This document shows positions 1 through 8,982 of a stretch of 55,096 nt of DNA, piece after piece. Each line of letters opens with the position of its first letter. Position 1 is the stretch's first letter. The position numbers and the translations under genes are program-made. Under the pieces are notes generated by a model. It saw only the letters and a list, made by a program, of their open reading frames with translations, made no database searches and had not been told where the DNA came from. The stretch lies in the sequence record DRR378314_661. One strand, written 5' to 3'.

Positions 1-40
1 AAATCCGTGTACACCGGTTCGATTCCGGTCGGAGCCTCCA
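1..40 (+). tRNA. tRNA-Cys, 3' part (5' half lies outside the window)
   Basis: T-arm CCGGTTCGATTCCGG and 3' end GGAGCCT-CCA with a U73 discriminator, typical of tRNA-Cys. The anticodon is cut by the window edge. Confidence 0.85.
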
Positions 41-173
41 GACTTTCAAATCACCACTCCAATCCGCCACAGCCCGCCCGCCGGCCGCGACCAGGTCGCC
101 CGCGCAGCGATTTTCATGATTTCGAAGTCGTAAACACAGTTTTGCGAATTTTCGTGCCGGCGTTTTCAAACCG

Positions 174-190
174 TTTACAGCCCGTTAACC
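174..190 (+). promoter_or_regulatory. near-consensus CtrA binding site
   Basis: TTTA-CAGCCCG-TTAACC, one mismatch to TTAA-N7-TTAAC, about 20 nt upstream of the candidate sRNA. Confidence 0.5.
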
Positions 191-208
191 AATTTGAGGG
201 ATGTTGAT

Positions 209-282
209 CCTGTCTTCTCTTGGAGACACCCACCATCACCCAACGCCTCGGCGGGAGCTTCATGTCTCCCGCCTTTTTTTTT
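209..282 (+). ncRNA. candidate small regulatory RNA
   Basis: 5' hairpin TGTCTTC-TCTT-GGAGACA (211-228), C/A-rich unpaired linker, then a strong intrinsic terminator. No credible ORF. Confidence 0.45.
250..282 (+). terminator. rho-independent terminator
   Basis: GGCGGGAG-cttcatgt-CTCCCGCC followed by 9 T. Confidence 0.9.
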
Positions 283-324
283 GCGAAAAGTGCAAGTTTT
301 TGTCAGTCTGCAGCATGTGGGGGC

Positions 325-352
325 TTGAACCGGTTTTCGGGTCTGCTATTCA
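325..352 (+). promoter_or_regulatory. putative housekeeping promoter of tRNA-Asn
   Basis: TTGAAC ... GCTATTC just upstream of the tRNA. Confidence 0.45.
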
Positions 353-367
353 CCCGTCTTCAGCTGT

Positions 368-443
368 TCCGCGATAGCTCAGTTGGTAGAGCAGGCGACT
401 GTTAATCGCCCGGTCGTAGGTTCGAGTCCTACTCGCGGAGCCA
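368..443 (+). tRNA. tRNA-Asn (GTT)
   Basis: 76-nt cloverleaf: acceptor TCCGCGA/TCGCGGA, D-arm GCTCAGTTGGTAGAGC, anticodon loop CT-GTT-AA, T-loop GGTTCGAGTCC, CCA end. Confidence 0.97.
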
Positions 444-493
444 CCTTCCCCTACAATTCAGATTTAAGTCTTGTGCGTTGCTATTGCTTGGTT

Positions 494-1084
494 TTAGCCA
501 ACAAGCCGCTCCCAAAGCCGGATCATGAGATAGCAACTTCCGGCGAGGCCCAGCCCGGCCAGGATCAGCACGAATCCATCCCGCGCGGTAAGGGCCAATC
601 CAAACAGCAAGACCGTTACGCCCGGCAACACCGGACCAAACGGAATGAGGCCCAGCGGAAACGACACCAGCGCCGCTGCGATACAGATCAATGCGACGAG
701 TTGAACGAAAGGCGGCTCTGTCAGGAAAGCGAGTCGCGGTTTCAGGAATCGGTCCACCTGGCAGACATAGGGGTAAGCCTGCTCAACGCCCTGAAGCAGC
801 GCCGACCGGGGAAACTCGAACTCCAGTATTCTGCGCGGCACCCACGGAAACTTCTTCCCGAATACAATCTGCGCGGCAATCAACAAGATAATCAGCGCCA
901 CAAGCCAGTTTGCGCCCGGGATGATGGTTAAGGGACTGATCGACACGAAGCCAAGCAGGAGCAACAAGGGGCCATAGGATCGACGCCCCACGGCATCCAG
1001 CATCGCCCCGACGGACACCTTTTCACCAGAGGTTCGTTCCTGCAGGCTTTCCAGCAGGGAGCCGAGATTGTTGACGCGCGTCAT
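494..1084 (-). CDS. exoD: ExoD-family exopolysaccharide synthesis membrane protein
   Basis: GRRSYGPLLLLLG, PLT.IPG and PW.P motifs with hydrophobic helices. The ATG overlaps the sdaA stop (TGATG). Confidence 0.85.
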   Translation of the reverse strand: MTRVNNLGSLLESLQERTSGEKVSVGAMLDAVGRRSYGPLLLLLGFVSISPLTIIPGANWLVALIILLIAAQIVFGKKFPWVPRRILEFEFPRSALLQGVEQAYPYVCQVDRFLKPRLAFLTEPPFVQLVALICIAAALVSFPLGLIPFGPVLPGVTVLLFGLALTARDGFVLILAGLGLAGSCYLMIRLWERLVG

Positions 1085-2460
1085 CAGCACTCCACGACGT
1101 TAACGGCCAGACCACCCTGACTGGTTTCCTTGTATTTAGAAGACATGTCGAGCCCAGTCTGCCGCATCGTCTCGATGACCTGATCAAGAGACACATGAGT
1201 ATGCCCCGTCGAGTGCAGCGCCAGACGAGCCGCGTTCACCGCCTTCACCGCACCTATCGCGTTGCGTTCGATACAGGGTATCTGCACAAGCCCGCCTACC
1301 GGATCGCAAGTCAGGCCGAGATTGTGCTCCATCCCGATCTCCGCCGCATTCGCCACCTGTTGCTGGTTCGCGCCCCACACCGCGGCAAGTCCTCCCGCCG
1401 CCATTGAGCAGGCAACGCCGACTTCGCCCTGGCATCCCATTTCCGCACCGGAGATCGACGCGCGTTGCTTGTACAGGATTCCAATAGCGCCTGCCGTCAG
1501 CAGAAAGCGACGCGTGCGATCAACCGAATCGTCAGTGTCTGAGCAGTAATGCTGGATAACGGCCGGGATGATTCCCGCCGCACCATTGGTCGGCGCGGTC
1601 ACCACCTGCCCGCCCGCGGCATTTTCCTCGTTCACCGCCATCGCATAAACATTCAACCAGTCGAAGAGCTGCTCCCGCTCATTGGATCCGCGATCATCAT
1701 TGAGCTTTTTCCAAAGCGCCGCAGCGCGGCGCTTCACCTTCAGCTTTCCGGGCAGAAGTCCGTCCTTGGCAAGCCCGCGCTCAATGCAGCCGCGCATCAC
1801 GTCGGCAATCCGATCGAGGGCAGCGATCGTCTCAGCTCTGGGTCGCAGCACATCTTCATTGGCAAGGACAAGCTGCTCAATTGCAAGATCTCCCTGTTCG
1901 CACATCTCAATCAGCTCAGCTGCAGACGTGAAGGCGTAAGGGACGCTGATTTGCGTGGGAACAAGATCGTCTTCTACCGGCCGCTCCAATTGTCGCTGCG
2001 AGGCAATGAATCCGCCGCCGGTCGAAAACCAGGTCTCGTCGAGCAACACGCCGCCCTGTTCATCATGGGCCGTCAGGCGCATCCCGTTCGGATGAAGGGC
2101 CGGGATAACGTCGTAGGCCATGATGATGTCAGTCGCCGGGTCGAAGCGGATGGGCATGCGCCCTGCCAATTTCAAACTCAGAGTTTCGCCAATGCGGGCA
2201 ACGGCCAGTTCTGCCTCATCCGGATCGAGTGTTTCCGGTGCGAAGCCTGCCAGTCCAAGCATGACCGCCTTTGGACTCGCATGCCCTTCACCTGTCAGGG
2301 CAAGCGATCCCTGCAACTCGACCTGAACACGACCCACGCGGTCAAAGGCACCGGATTGCTCGAGCGCATCAACAAAGCGCGCGGCAATGCGAATTGGCCC
2401 AACAGTGTGCGAACTCGAAGGGCCGATCCCCACGCGAAAAAGGTCGAGAACTGAAAGCAT
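1084..2460 (-). CDS. sdaA: L-serine ammonia-lyase (Fe-S dependent, single chain)
   Basis: [69 protein letters not shown]. Confidence 0.97.
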   Translation of the reverse strand: MLSVLDLFRVGIGPSSSHTVGPIRIAARFVDALEQSGAFDRVGRVQVELQGSLALTGEGHASPKAVMLGLAGFAPETLDPDEAELAVARIGETLSLKLAGRMPIRFDPATDIIMAYDVIPALHPNGMRLTAHDEQGGVLLDETWFSTGGGFIASQRQLERPVEDDLVPTQISVPYAFTSAAELIEMCEQGDLAIEQLVLANEDVLRPRAETIAALDRIADVMRGCIERGLAKDGLLPGKLKVKRRAAALWKKLNDDRGSNEREQLFDWLNVYAMAVNEENAAGGQVVTAPTNGAAGIIPAVIQHYCSDTDDSVDRTRRFLLTAGAIGILYKQRASISGAEMGCQGEVGVACSMAAGGLAAVWGANQQQVANAAEIGMEHNLGLTCDPVGGLVQIPCIERNAIGAVKAVNAARLALHSTGHTHVSLDQVIETMRQTGLDMSSKYKETSQGGLAVNVVEC

Positions 2461-2531
2461 GAAATCCCGCTTTGGTTTCAGATGAAATCAATGAGTGCAC
2501 GTTCCGGCGCCACCGCACAAGCGATGCGCGG

Positions 2532-3713
2532 TCAGCCGACCGTTACATCATGGCCGTACAGCCAATCGTTTCGCCCGTGAACAAAGGACTCCATCATTCG
2601 ACCCGCCACCCACATAGGGCCATAGGTCGAGAGCTTGGTCACCGGATTGCTTTTGTGGAACAGTTTGGCATTCGCGCGGGCCCCCGCTTGCACCTTGCTC
2701 GTCCTTGGCTTCCGCAAGGTTTCATAGGCCTTGAAGGCGGATGGCAAATCGGCCTGCGAAGTCACATTCCGCGCAAGCACATAGGCGTCCTCGATTGCCA
2801 TGACGGCCCCTTGCGCAAGGAACGGCAACATCGGATGGCACGCATCCCCCAGCAACACGGCACGCCCGTCCGACCAGCGTTTCAGCTCGTCCCGATCAAA
2901 CAGAGCCCAGCGGTGAAGCACTGGCGCATTCTGGATAATGTCGTTCACGACAGGGTTCCAACCACTGAAATCGGCCAGCGCATCCTCCCGACTACCCTCG
3001 GTCGTCCAGGATTCGAGATGCTTTGCCTTGCGCTCCACAACGCCAACAAAGTTTGCAAGGCTACCGCCCCTCAGAAGATAGGTCACCGCATGACGTCTGG
3101 ATCCCGTCCAGACTGCAGCCGTCGGGGGTGGAACATGCGTCAGGTCAGATACCGGCGTTACGGCTCGCCAAGCTGTCATGCCTGTATAGCGTGGCGCATC
3201 CGGTCCGAGCATCTTTGCCCGGATCACGGAGTGGATGCCATCTGCCCCAACCAATAAATCACCCGAAACGCGTTCGCCTGAGTCGAGGACAGCATGAACA
3301 CCCGCATCATCCTGCTCGTATGAAGTGACTTTCGCGCCCAGTCGCAGCGCATTCGGTTGCCGCGTTGCCAAGGTATCGGAAAGCGCCTGAATCAGGTCGG
3401 CGCGGTGAACATGCAGATAGTCCGCGCCCCAGCGATTGATCGCAGCCTTGCGAAGTGGAATGTCGAACAATCGTGTGCCACTGCGCCCCATCCGCATTTC
3501 AAGCGCCTTTGGCCTGAACGCATGGCGAGCAATCTGAGCCGAAACGCCGAGCTTGCTCAGCACATGCATGCCATTCGGGCTCAGCTGAATGCCTGCCCCG
3601 ATTTCACTCAGGACACCTGATTGTTCAATCACACTGCATTCATGACCGAAATGATCGAACGCCAGCGCAGCCGTAAGGCCCCCGATGCCACCGCCCGCTA
3701 TCAGGACGCGCAT
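2532..3713 (-). CDS. FAD-dependent monooxygenase (salicylate hydroxylase-like)
   Basis: GGGIGG, GADGIHS.IR and LLGDACHPMLPFLAQGA.MAIEDA motifs. Confidence 0.9.
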   Translation of the reverse strand: MRVLIAGGGIGGLTAALAFDHFGHECSVIEQSGVLSEIGAGIQLSPNGMHVLSKLGVSAQIARHAFRPKALEMRMGRSGTRLFDIPLRKAAINRWGADYLHVHRADLIQALSDTLATRQPNALRLGAKVTSYEQDDAGVHAVLDSGERVSGDLLVGADGIHSVIRAKMLGPDAPRYTGMTAWRAVTPVSDLTHVPPPTAAVWTGSRRHAVTYLLRGGSLANFVGVVERKAKHLESWTTEGSREDALADFSGWNPVVNDIIQNAPVLHRWALFDRDELKRWSDGRAVLLGDACHPMLPFLAQGAVMAIEDAYVLARNVTSQADLPSAFKAYETLRKPRTSKVQAGARANAKLFHKSNPVTKLSTYGPMWVAGRMMESFVHGRNDWLYGHDVTVG

Positions 3714-3743
3714 TCGGACACCTCACTCATCAGTGTGTTGCAA

Positions 3744-3947
3744 TCATTTTGCGCGCGATGGGTCTAGCTTGCCGCCGATCAGGATGAAGCGACGGTCGCA
3801 GTATTTGCACTCAACGAAATCCTCGTCACCCATCTCGTACCAAACGCGTGGATGCCCGAGGGCACCTCCACCACCATTGCACGATACGCGGTGGGTGTTC
3901 ACCATGACGATTTCTGGCGGGTCAAGCACATCGCGGTTCGTGGACAT
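3744..3947 (-). CDS. zinc-finger (zf-CHCC) domain protein
   Basis: V.C.GGGGALGHPRVW ... C.YC.R.F motif; start taken at MSTNR. Confidence 0.88.
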   Translation of the reverse strand: MSTNRDVLDPPEIVMVNTHRVSCNGGGGALGHPRVWYEMGDEDFVECKYCDRRFILIGGKLDPSRAK

Positions 3948-4066
3948 GATCTCTAATTCCATCTGCAATTTCGCTGGCATGGTTGTTACCGAAGCCACAT
4001 GGTCCTACCTAGATCGCACCGCCAATCGGCGCAAGATCGAATGGACAGAGTGAAAAGGTCCCCTGC

Positions 4067-5020
4067 ATGTCGTCCAGCAACCCTGCCCCAGACTTCGCGA
4101 TTGAAGTCAAAGACCTCCAGAAAATCTACCGCGCTTCGGGCAAGATGCCCGAAAAGCACGCATTGAAGGGGCTGAACCTGCAAGTACCGCGGGGATCGAT
4201 CTTCGGTCTGCTGGGTCCGAATGGCGCTGGAAAATCGACCTTTATCAATATTCTGGCCGGACTGGTGAACAAGACATCAGGATCGGCAAGCATCTGGGGC
4301 CTCGATATTGATGAGCACCCCCGCCAAAGCCGTGCGGCGATTGGCGTTGTGAATCAGGAAATCGTGGCCGATCCTTTCTTCACGCCCTTGGAAATGCTGG
4401 AATTGATGGCCGGGTTTTATGGTGTGCCCAAATCCGAGCGCCGCAGCGAGGAGATTCTTGCCGCTGTCGGACTGGACGACAAGAAAGACGCCTATGTGCG
4501 CCAATTATCCGGCGGCATGAAACGCCGACTGATGGTGGCCAAGGCGCTGGTCCACAATCCGCCCGTCCTGATTCTGGATGAACCCACCGCGGGCGTTGAT
4601 GTTGAGCTACGCCGCTCCCTGTGGACTTATGTGCGCGAGCTTCACGACAACGGTACCACCATCATCCTGACGACGCACTATCTGGAAGAAGCCGAAGAAT
4701 TGTGTGATTCCATCGCCATCGTGAATCATGGCGAAATCGTCGCCTGCGAGCCGACGCCAACACTATTGTCGCGTCTCGACTACAAGACACTAGTGATCAC
4801 GCCGAAGGAGCCGCTGACCGCTGTACCAGAAGCATTGGCCGGCATGGACGCCACACTGCGTCCGGATGGTGATTTGGCCATCACGTTCCGCACCAGCGAA
4901 ACCGGCATCGGTCGCCTGCTGGAAACGGTGCGCGCAAACGGTATCGGCGTAGGCGACCTCGTCACAGAAGCGCCGGATCTGGAAGACGTGTTTATCGCCC
5001 TGACATCACAAGCCGCATAA
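4067..5020 (+). CDS. ABC transporter ATP-binding protein (ABC-2/YadG-like)
   Basis: Walker A GPNGAGKST, signature LSGGMKRR, Walker B LILDEPT, switch TTHYLEEA. Confidence 0.95.
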   Translation: MSSSNPAPDFAIEVKDLQKIYRASGKMPEKHALKGLNLQVPRGSIFGLLGPNGAGKSTFINILAGLVNKTSGSASIWGLDIDEHPRQSRAAIGVVNQEIVADPFFTPLEMLELMAGFYGVPKSERRSEEILAAVGLDDKKDAYVRQLSGGMKRRLMVAKALVHNPPVLILDEPTAGVDVELRRSLWTYVRELHDNGTTIILTTHYLEEAEELCDSIAIVNHGEIVACEPTPTLLSRLDYKTLVITPKEPLTAVPEALAGMDATLRPDGDLAITFRTSETGIGRLLETVRANGIGVGDLVTEAPDLEDVFIALTSQAA

Positions 5021-5051
5021 AAAAACGCCGGCATCGCAGCCGGCGTTCTTT
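5019..5051. terminator. bidirectional intrinsic terminator
   Basis: AAAAAAACGCCGGC-atcgca-GCCGGCGTTCTTT between convergent genes. Confidence 0.8.
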
Positions 5052-5073
5052 ATTCTTTACCGCAAGAACGCTT

Positions 5074-5394
5074 TTAGACGCTTTGCTTGATCCAGTCCGT
5101 AATGGCCTGCTTGCTCATCGCGCCAAGATGCGTCGCAGCCAGCTTGCCACCCTTGAAGATCATCAGGGTCGGCATGCCGCGCACACCGTACTTCGACGGG
5201 GCAATCGGATTCGCGTCGACATCGATCTTCGCAACTTTCACTTCACCGGCCAGCTCTTCTGACACGGCATCGATGTGAGGGGCCATCTGCTTACACGGGC
5301 CACACCATTCAGCCCAGAAATCCACAACGACTGGCACATCGGAATCTCCGATCAGGCCGTCAAACTCATCATCCGTAACATTTACCGCAGCCAT
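5074..5394 (-). CDS. trxA: thioredoxin 1
   Basis: DFWAEWCGPCK, 106 aa, in the usual position downstream of addA. Confidence 0.97.
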   Translation of the reverse strand: MAAVNVTDDEFDGLIGDSDVPVVVDFWAEWCGPCKQMAPHIDAVSEELAGEVKVAKIDVDANPIAPSKYGVRGMPTLMIFKGGKLAATHLGAMSKQAITDWIKQSV

Positions 5395-5454
5395 GCCTTG
5401 GCTCCTTCATGCTTTTGTTTCCGTTGGATCATACATAGGGACTCTTTCAGCAAG

Positions 5455-8400
5455 TCAAACCACGCTCTGCGCACCCTTTAGCGCTTCTAACAGCATCTCT
5501 TCAGGCAGGAACATCAGGCGCGGACCGTCGGTCCAGCAGAGAGCGGTGCGGATTCGCCGGCCCGGATAGGCCCGGCGCAAAACGGCCCAATAGGCCGCCA
5601 TCTGAGCCCGATAGGTCTCCGCCACCCCCTCGGGGGACTCCGGAGCGGGCTGATCAGTCTTGAAATCTACAATCAGAACTTCGTCTTGTGTCACGACCAG
5701 TCGGTCCACCCGACCATTCACGATCAGACCATCTGGCAATTCTGGAGCAGACCCCACAATCGCCGCCTCCGCCCGGCCGCCTGGCTGAAAGAGCGTCTGC
5801 ATCTCTGGCGCATCGAGAATACCGAATACAGCCTCGGCCATCTCCTCCCGCTCACCGTCTTCCAGGTCCGGCAAACGGGCAAGATAGTGGTCGGCAGAAT
5901 CAATCCGCGCCTCTTTGGGAAGCGCAGGCAGGTATTCCAGCAAAGCGTGGATGATCCGGCCTCGACGGAGACGTTCCTGCCGGGTCTGGCTGAATGGCGC
6001 GAGCACAGGCGTCTTGCGGCCCAGAAGGCTGGACGGCGCTCCGAAACGGCGTGCGCTGCCTGGCTGGTCTGGTGAGGTCGAGACCCAGTTCGGCAGATCG
6101 GCCAAAGCACGTCTACCATCCTTGCTTGGCGCAAGCTTGGGCGGCAAGTCGCCAAACCGGTGGACGCCATACTCGTCGGCATCGCCGCCGAGCTTGTTCA
6201 TCGCAGTTTGGCACAAGGCATACCAGCTTCGGTCATGATAGCCTGGCGGTCGCGCGCCGTGCCAATGCCCGGCGATGATCAATCTGTCTTGTGCCCGCGT
6301 CAGGGCTACATAGAGCAATCGACGAAATTCTTCTTCGGCTTTGGCATTGGCGATGGCACGTTCCAGCTCTGCTGCTGGCACGTCGCTATCTTTCCTGGGA
6401 GACCAGACTGGCATGCCATCCACCTCGAACATAGTGGAAGAAACGCTCTTTGGGCCAGCTGTCGTATCCGGCATCACAACCACCGGCGCTTGCAAGCCTT
6501 TTGCTCCGTGCACCGTCATTACGCGCACCTGCCTCTCCGGCGCAGCAAGGTCTCGTTTGATCTCTACGAGCTTCGCTTCCATTTCAGCGACAAAAGCCTG
6601 AAGGGATGAAGGCTCGGATGCATCAAAACCCTGAGCGCGCGAGAGCAACGCCTCAACCGGATCGTGCGCGGGTGTGCCGAGCCGGGCATTGATCTTTTCC
6701 CACCCTGTCTTCCCGTCCGCACCCGGCACATCCAGAACTTCAGAGAGAAATTCGTAAGGCGGCTTTCTCTTGTTGGCGATCAGGCCGGAAAGAAACCTGG
6801 ACGCCTGCTGCACGTCTGGATCGGAACTCGCCTGAACACGCGACCACAATGTCTCCCCTCGCCTGCGCTCCGAAGCGAGCGGATAGAGATATCTATCATC
6901 GTCCACGAGGCCAACAAACGGCCCCCTCAGAATTTCGGCGAGCGCCAGGTCCCTTTCGGGTAACAGCGCGAACCTCATGAGGTTCAGGCAGTCCTGCACG
7001 GCAATGTGGTCGGTAAGCTTCAGCCTGTCTGCGCCTGCAACAGGTAGTCCGGCAGCCTTCAAGGCAGAAATCATCGCGTCAAACAAGCCGCCTGTCCGAC
7101 TGCGAACGAGAATCAGAATGTCTTCCGGTCGCATTGCACGCCGTTGCCAACTCCGGTCAGGCAGTTCTTCCCAGACAGTCTCGCCGCGCTTTACCATGGC
7201 CTTCAGCTCTTGCGCCAGTCGTGTCGCAAGGCGCGCTTTAGGCGAACTTGACCTCATAGCGTTCACCGGACGGGACCAGGCGTCAGCATCTTCGTCCTCA
7301 TCCCGCTCATCGACGGACCACAATTCCACGAGCCCCTCTTGACCCGCGCGGCGCGCCGTATGCTTCACGCCCTCGGCGGAGAGCGATGGATGCGTGCCCG
7401 CTGCCACATCGATAGGTGGTGCTGAATTCCATACCGCATCCACAAAACTCAGAATTTCCGGCGACGAACGGAACGACATTTCCATCGTCTGCGACACGGC
7501 AGTGGAATCCCGACGCATATACTCCTGTTCCTGCGCGCGCAGCTTTGCGGGATCGGCGCCCTGAAAGGAGTAAATAGACTGTTTCTCGTCTCCCACGACA
7601 AACAGCGTTCGTGGGTCCTGCTGGCGCTCTGCACCCTGCCCCGCGGCGAACTCGTTCGTCAGGGCGTTGATCAATTCCCATTGCTCAGGGCTGGTATCCT
7701 GCGCTTCATCAAGCAGGATGTGACTGATACCGCCATCAAGCTTGTAGAGCACCCAGTCTGACATTCCGGTCCGTGTCAGGAGGTCTCGTGTCTTGCGGAT
7801 GAGATCATCGAAGTCCAGAGCGCCACGTCGCCGTTTTTCTTCCTGATAAGCGACCAGCGCGTCCAGACCAACCGCCAACAATGCTGATGTACGCTCAACC
7901 GTCTCGGCTAGCTTCAGCTTCGCAGCAACTTCATCCACTCGCGCGACCTCTGAGCCCGTTTCGGCTTTCGTTGCAAACAGGGAAACAACATTATCGTCCT
8001 TGCCTGCTTCCGCGTTATAAAGAGACTTGTACGGATTTCCGGTCGCACCGAAAAAGGCACGCCGGTAGCACTCCCAGCGCCGCACTGGATCTTCTTCACT
8101 CAACGCGGCCTCGACAGCATCGGCGGTCCGCGTGTCATCCCGCTTTCCGGAAGCTCGCAAGCTGATCAGCGCTTCTCGCAATGCGTCAATCGGCATTTCC
8201 TCACCCATCGCAAGCGACAGGATTTCAGACGGGCTCGCCTCTGGCGCATTCAGCCCTTCAACCAATGCCGCACGCATCCGGTCTTGATCAAAGTCATACT
8301 GCTCGGCAAACTCCAGATACATGTTCATCTGGTAGCGCATCGCATCAAGCGCGACGTCTGCGCCATCATGGCCGCCCTCTATTGCGAGCACGTTTAGCGC

Positions 8401-8982
8401 TTCGGGTGCGACCTCCGCCGCTTTCAAAACAGCGTCTGCACGAACAGTCTGCCAGATGGCTAGCGCCTCTTCTTCCTCAATTTCCGCGAAACCTGGCAAC
8501 ACACCAGCCTCCAGTGGGAAGCGCCGCAGGATACGTGCACAGAAGGCATGAATGGTCTCGATACGTAGACCACCTGGCGTTTCAAGCGCGCGAGCAAACA
8601 GAGCCCGCGCCGCCCGCAAATCGTCGGTTTCATATGCGCTGGCAGGTCGGCCTTCCAGTCGAGACAACTCTTGGCGCAGCTCTTCGTCGCGCATGATCGA
8701 CCATTTTCCAAGCGTACGGAACAAGCGAGACAACATCTCGTTGGCCGCCGCCTTTGTGTAGGTGATACACAGGATGGAGTCCGGCTTCGCACCGGGGCGG
8801 CCATCTTCGCGCCTGAGCAGAAGACGAGCAACCCGGTCGATCAGCACCTTGGTCTTGCCGCTGCCTGCATTGGCCATAACAAAGACCGGGTGCGAGGGAT
8901 CTGCGGACGCGAGCTGCGCCTTGTTGGCACGCAAATAGTCTTCGGTGTCTTGCGGTTTGTCCGTCAGCTTCACATCAGACAT
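5455..8982 (-). CDS. addA: double-strand break repair helicase/nuclease AddA
   Basis: ANAGSGKT, LDEAQDT, VGDEKQSIYSFQGA, MTVHGAKGL, RLLYVALTRA, C-terminal GRVDRL..IVDFKT nuclease motif; start taken at MSDVK. Confidence 0.96.
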   Translation of the reverse strand: MSDVKLTDKPQDTEDYLRANKAQLASADPSHPVFVMANAGSGKTKVLIDRVARLLLRREDGRPGAKPDSILCITYTKAAANEMLSRLFRTLGKWSIMRDEELRQELSRLEGRPASAYETDDLRAARALFARALETPGGLRIETIHAFCARILRRFPLEAGVLPGFAEIEEEEALAIWQTVRADAVLKAAEVAPEALNVLAIEGGHDGADVALDAMRYQMNMYLEFAEQYDFDQDRMRAALVEGLNAPEASPSEILSLAMGEEMPIDALREALISLRASGKRDDTRTADAVEAALSEEDPVRRWECYRRAFFGATGNPYKSLYNAEAGKDDNVVSLFATKAETGSEVARVDEVAAKLKLAETVERTSALLAVGLDALVAYQEEKRRRGALDFDDLIRKTRDLLTRTGMSDWVLYKLDGGISHILLDEAQDTSPEQWELINALTNEFAAGQGAERQQDPRTLFVVGDEKQSIYSFQGADPAKLRAQEQEYMRRDSTAVSQTMEMSFRSSPEILSFVDAVWNSAPPIDVAAGTHPSLSAEGVKHTARRAGQEGLVELWSVDERDEDEDADAWSRPVNAMRSSSPKARLATRLAQELKAMVKRGETVWEELPDRSWQRRAMRPEDILILVRSRTGGLFDAMISALKAAGLPVAGADRLKLTDHIAVQDCLNLMRFALLPERDLALAEILRGPFVGLVDDDRYLYPLASERRRGETLWSRVQASSDPDVQQASRFLSGLIANKRKPPYEFLSEVLDVPGADGKTGWEKINARLGTPAHDPVEALLSRAQGFDASEPSSLQAFVAEMEAKLVEIKRDLAAPERQVRVMTVHGAKGLQAPVVVMPDTTAGPKSVSSTMFEVDGMPVWSPRKDSDVPAAELERAIANAKAEEEFRRLLYVALTRAQDRLIIAGHWHGARPPGYHDRSWYALCQTAMNKLGGDADEYGVHRFGDLPPKLAPSKDGRRALADLPNWVSTSPDQPGSARRFGAPSSLLGRKTPVLAPFSQTRQERLRRGRIIHALLEYLPALPKEARIDSADHYLARLPDLEDGEREEMAEAVFGILDAPEMQTLFQPGGRAEAAIVGSAPELPDGLIVNGRVDRLVVTQDEVLIVDFKTDQPAPESPEGVAETYRAQMAAYWAVLRRAYPGRRIRTALCWTDGPRLMFLPEEMLLEALKGAQSVV

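Noticed and set aside
1..443. tRNA genes as an integration site for a genomic island
   Set aside because: No integrase in the window and no convincing duplicate of either tRNA 3' end. The GGAGCCTC at about 22284 is short and part of a hairpin. Downstream genes look core.
7..931. ORFs 7..207, 220..405 and 383..931 on the + strand
   Set aside because: They overlap the tRNAs, the terminator or the antisense of exoD, and have no protein motifs.
1549..3257. Long + strand ORFs antisense to sdaA and the monooxygenase, with similar cases opposite addA, cobO, ccoP and the TBDR
   Set aside because: These are shadow frames expected in GC-rich coding DNA, with no recognisable domains.
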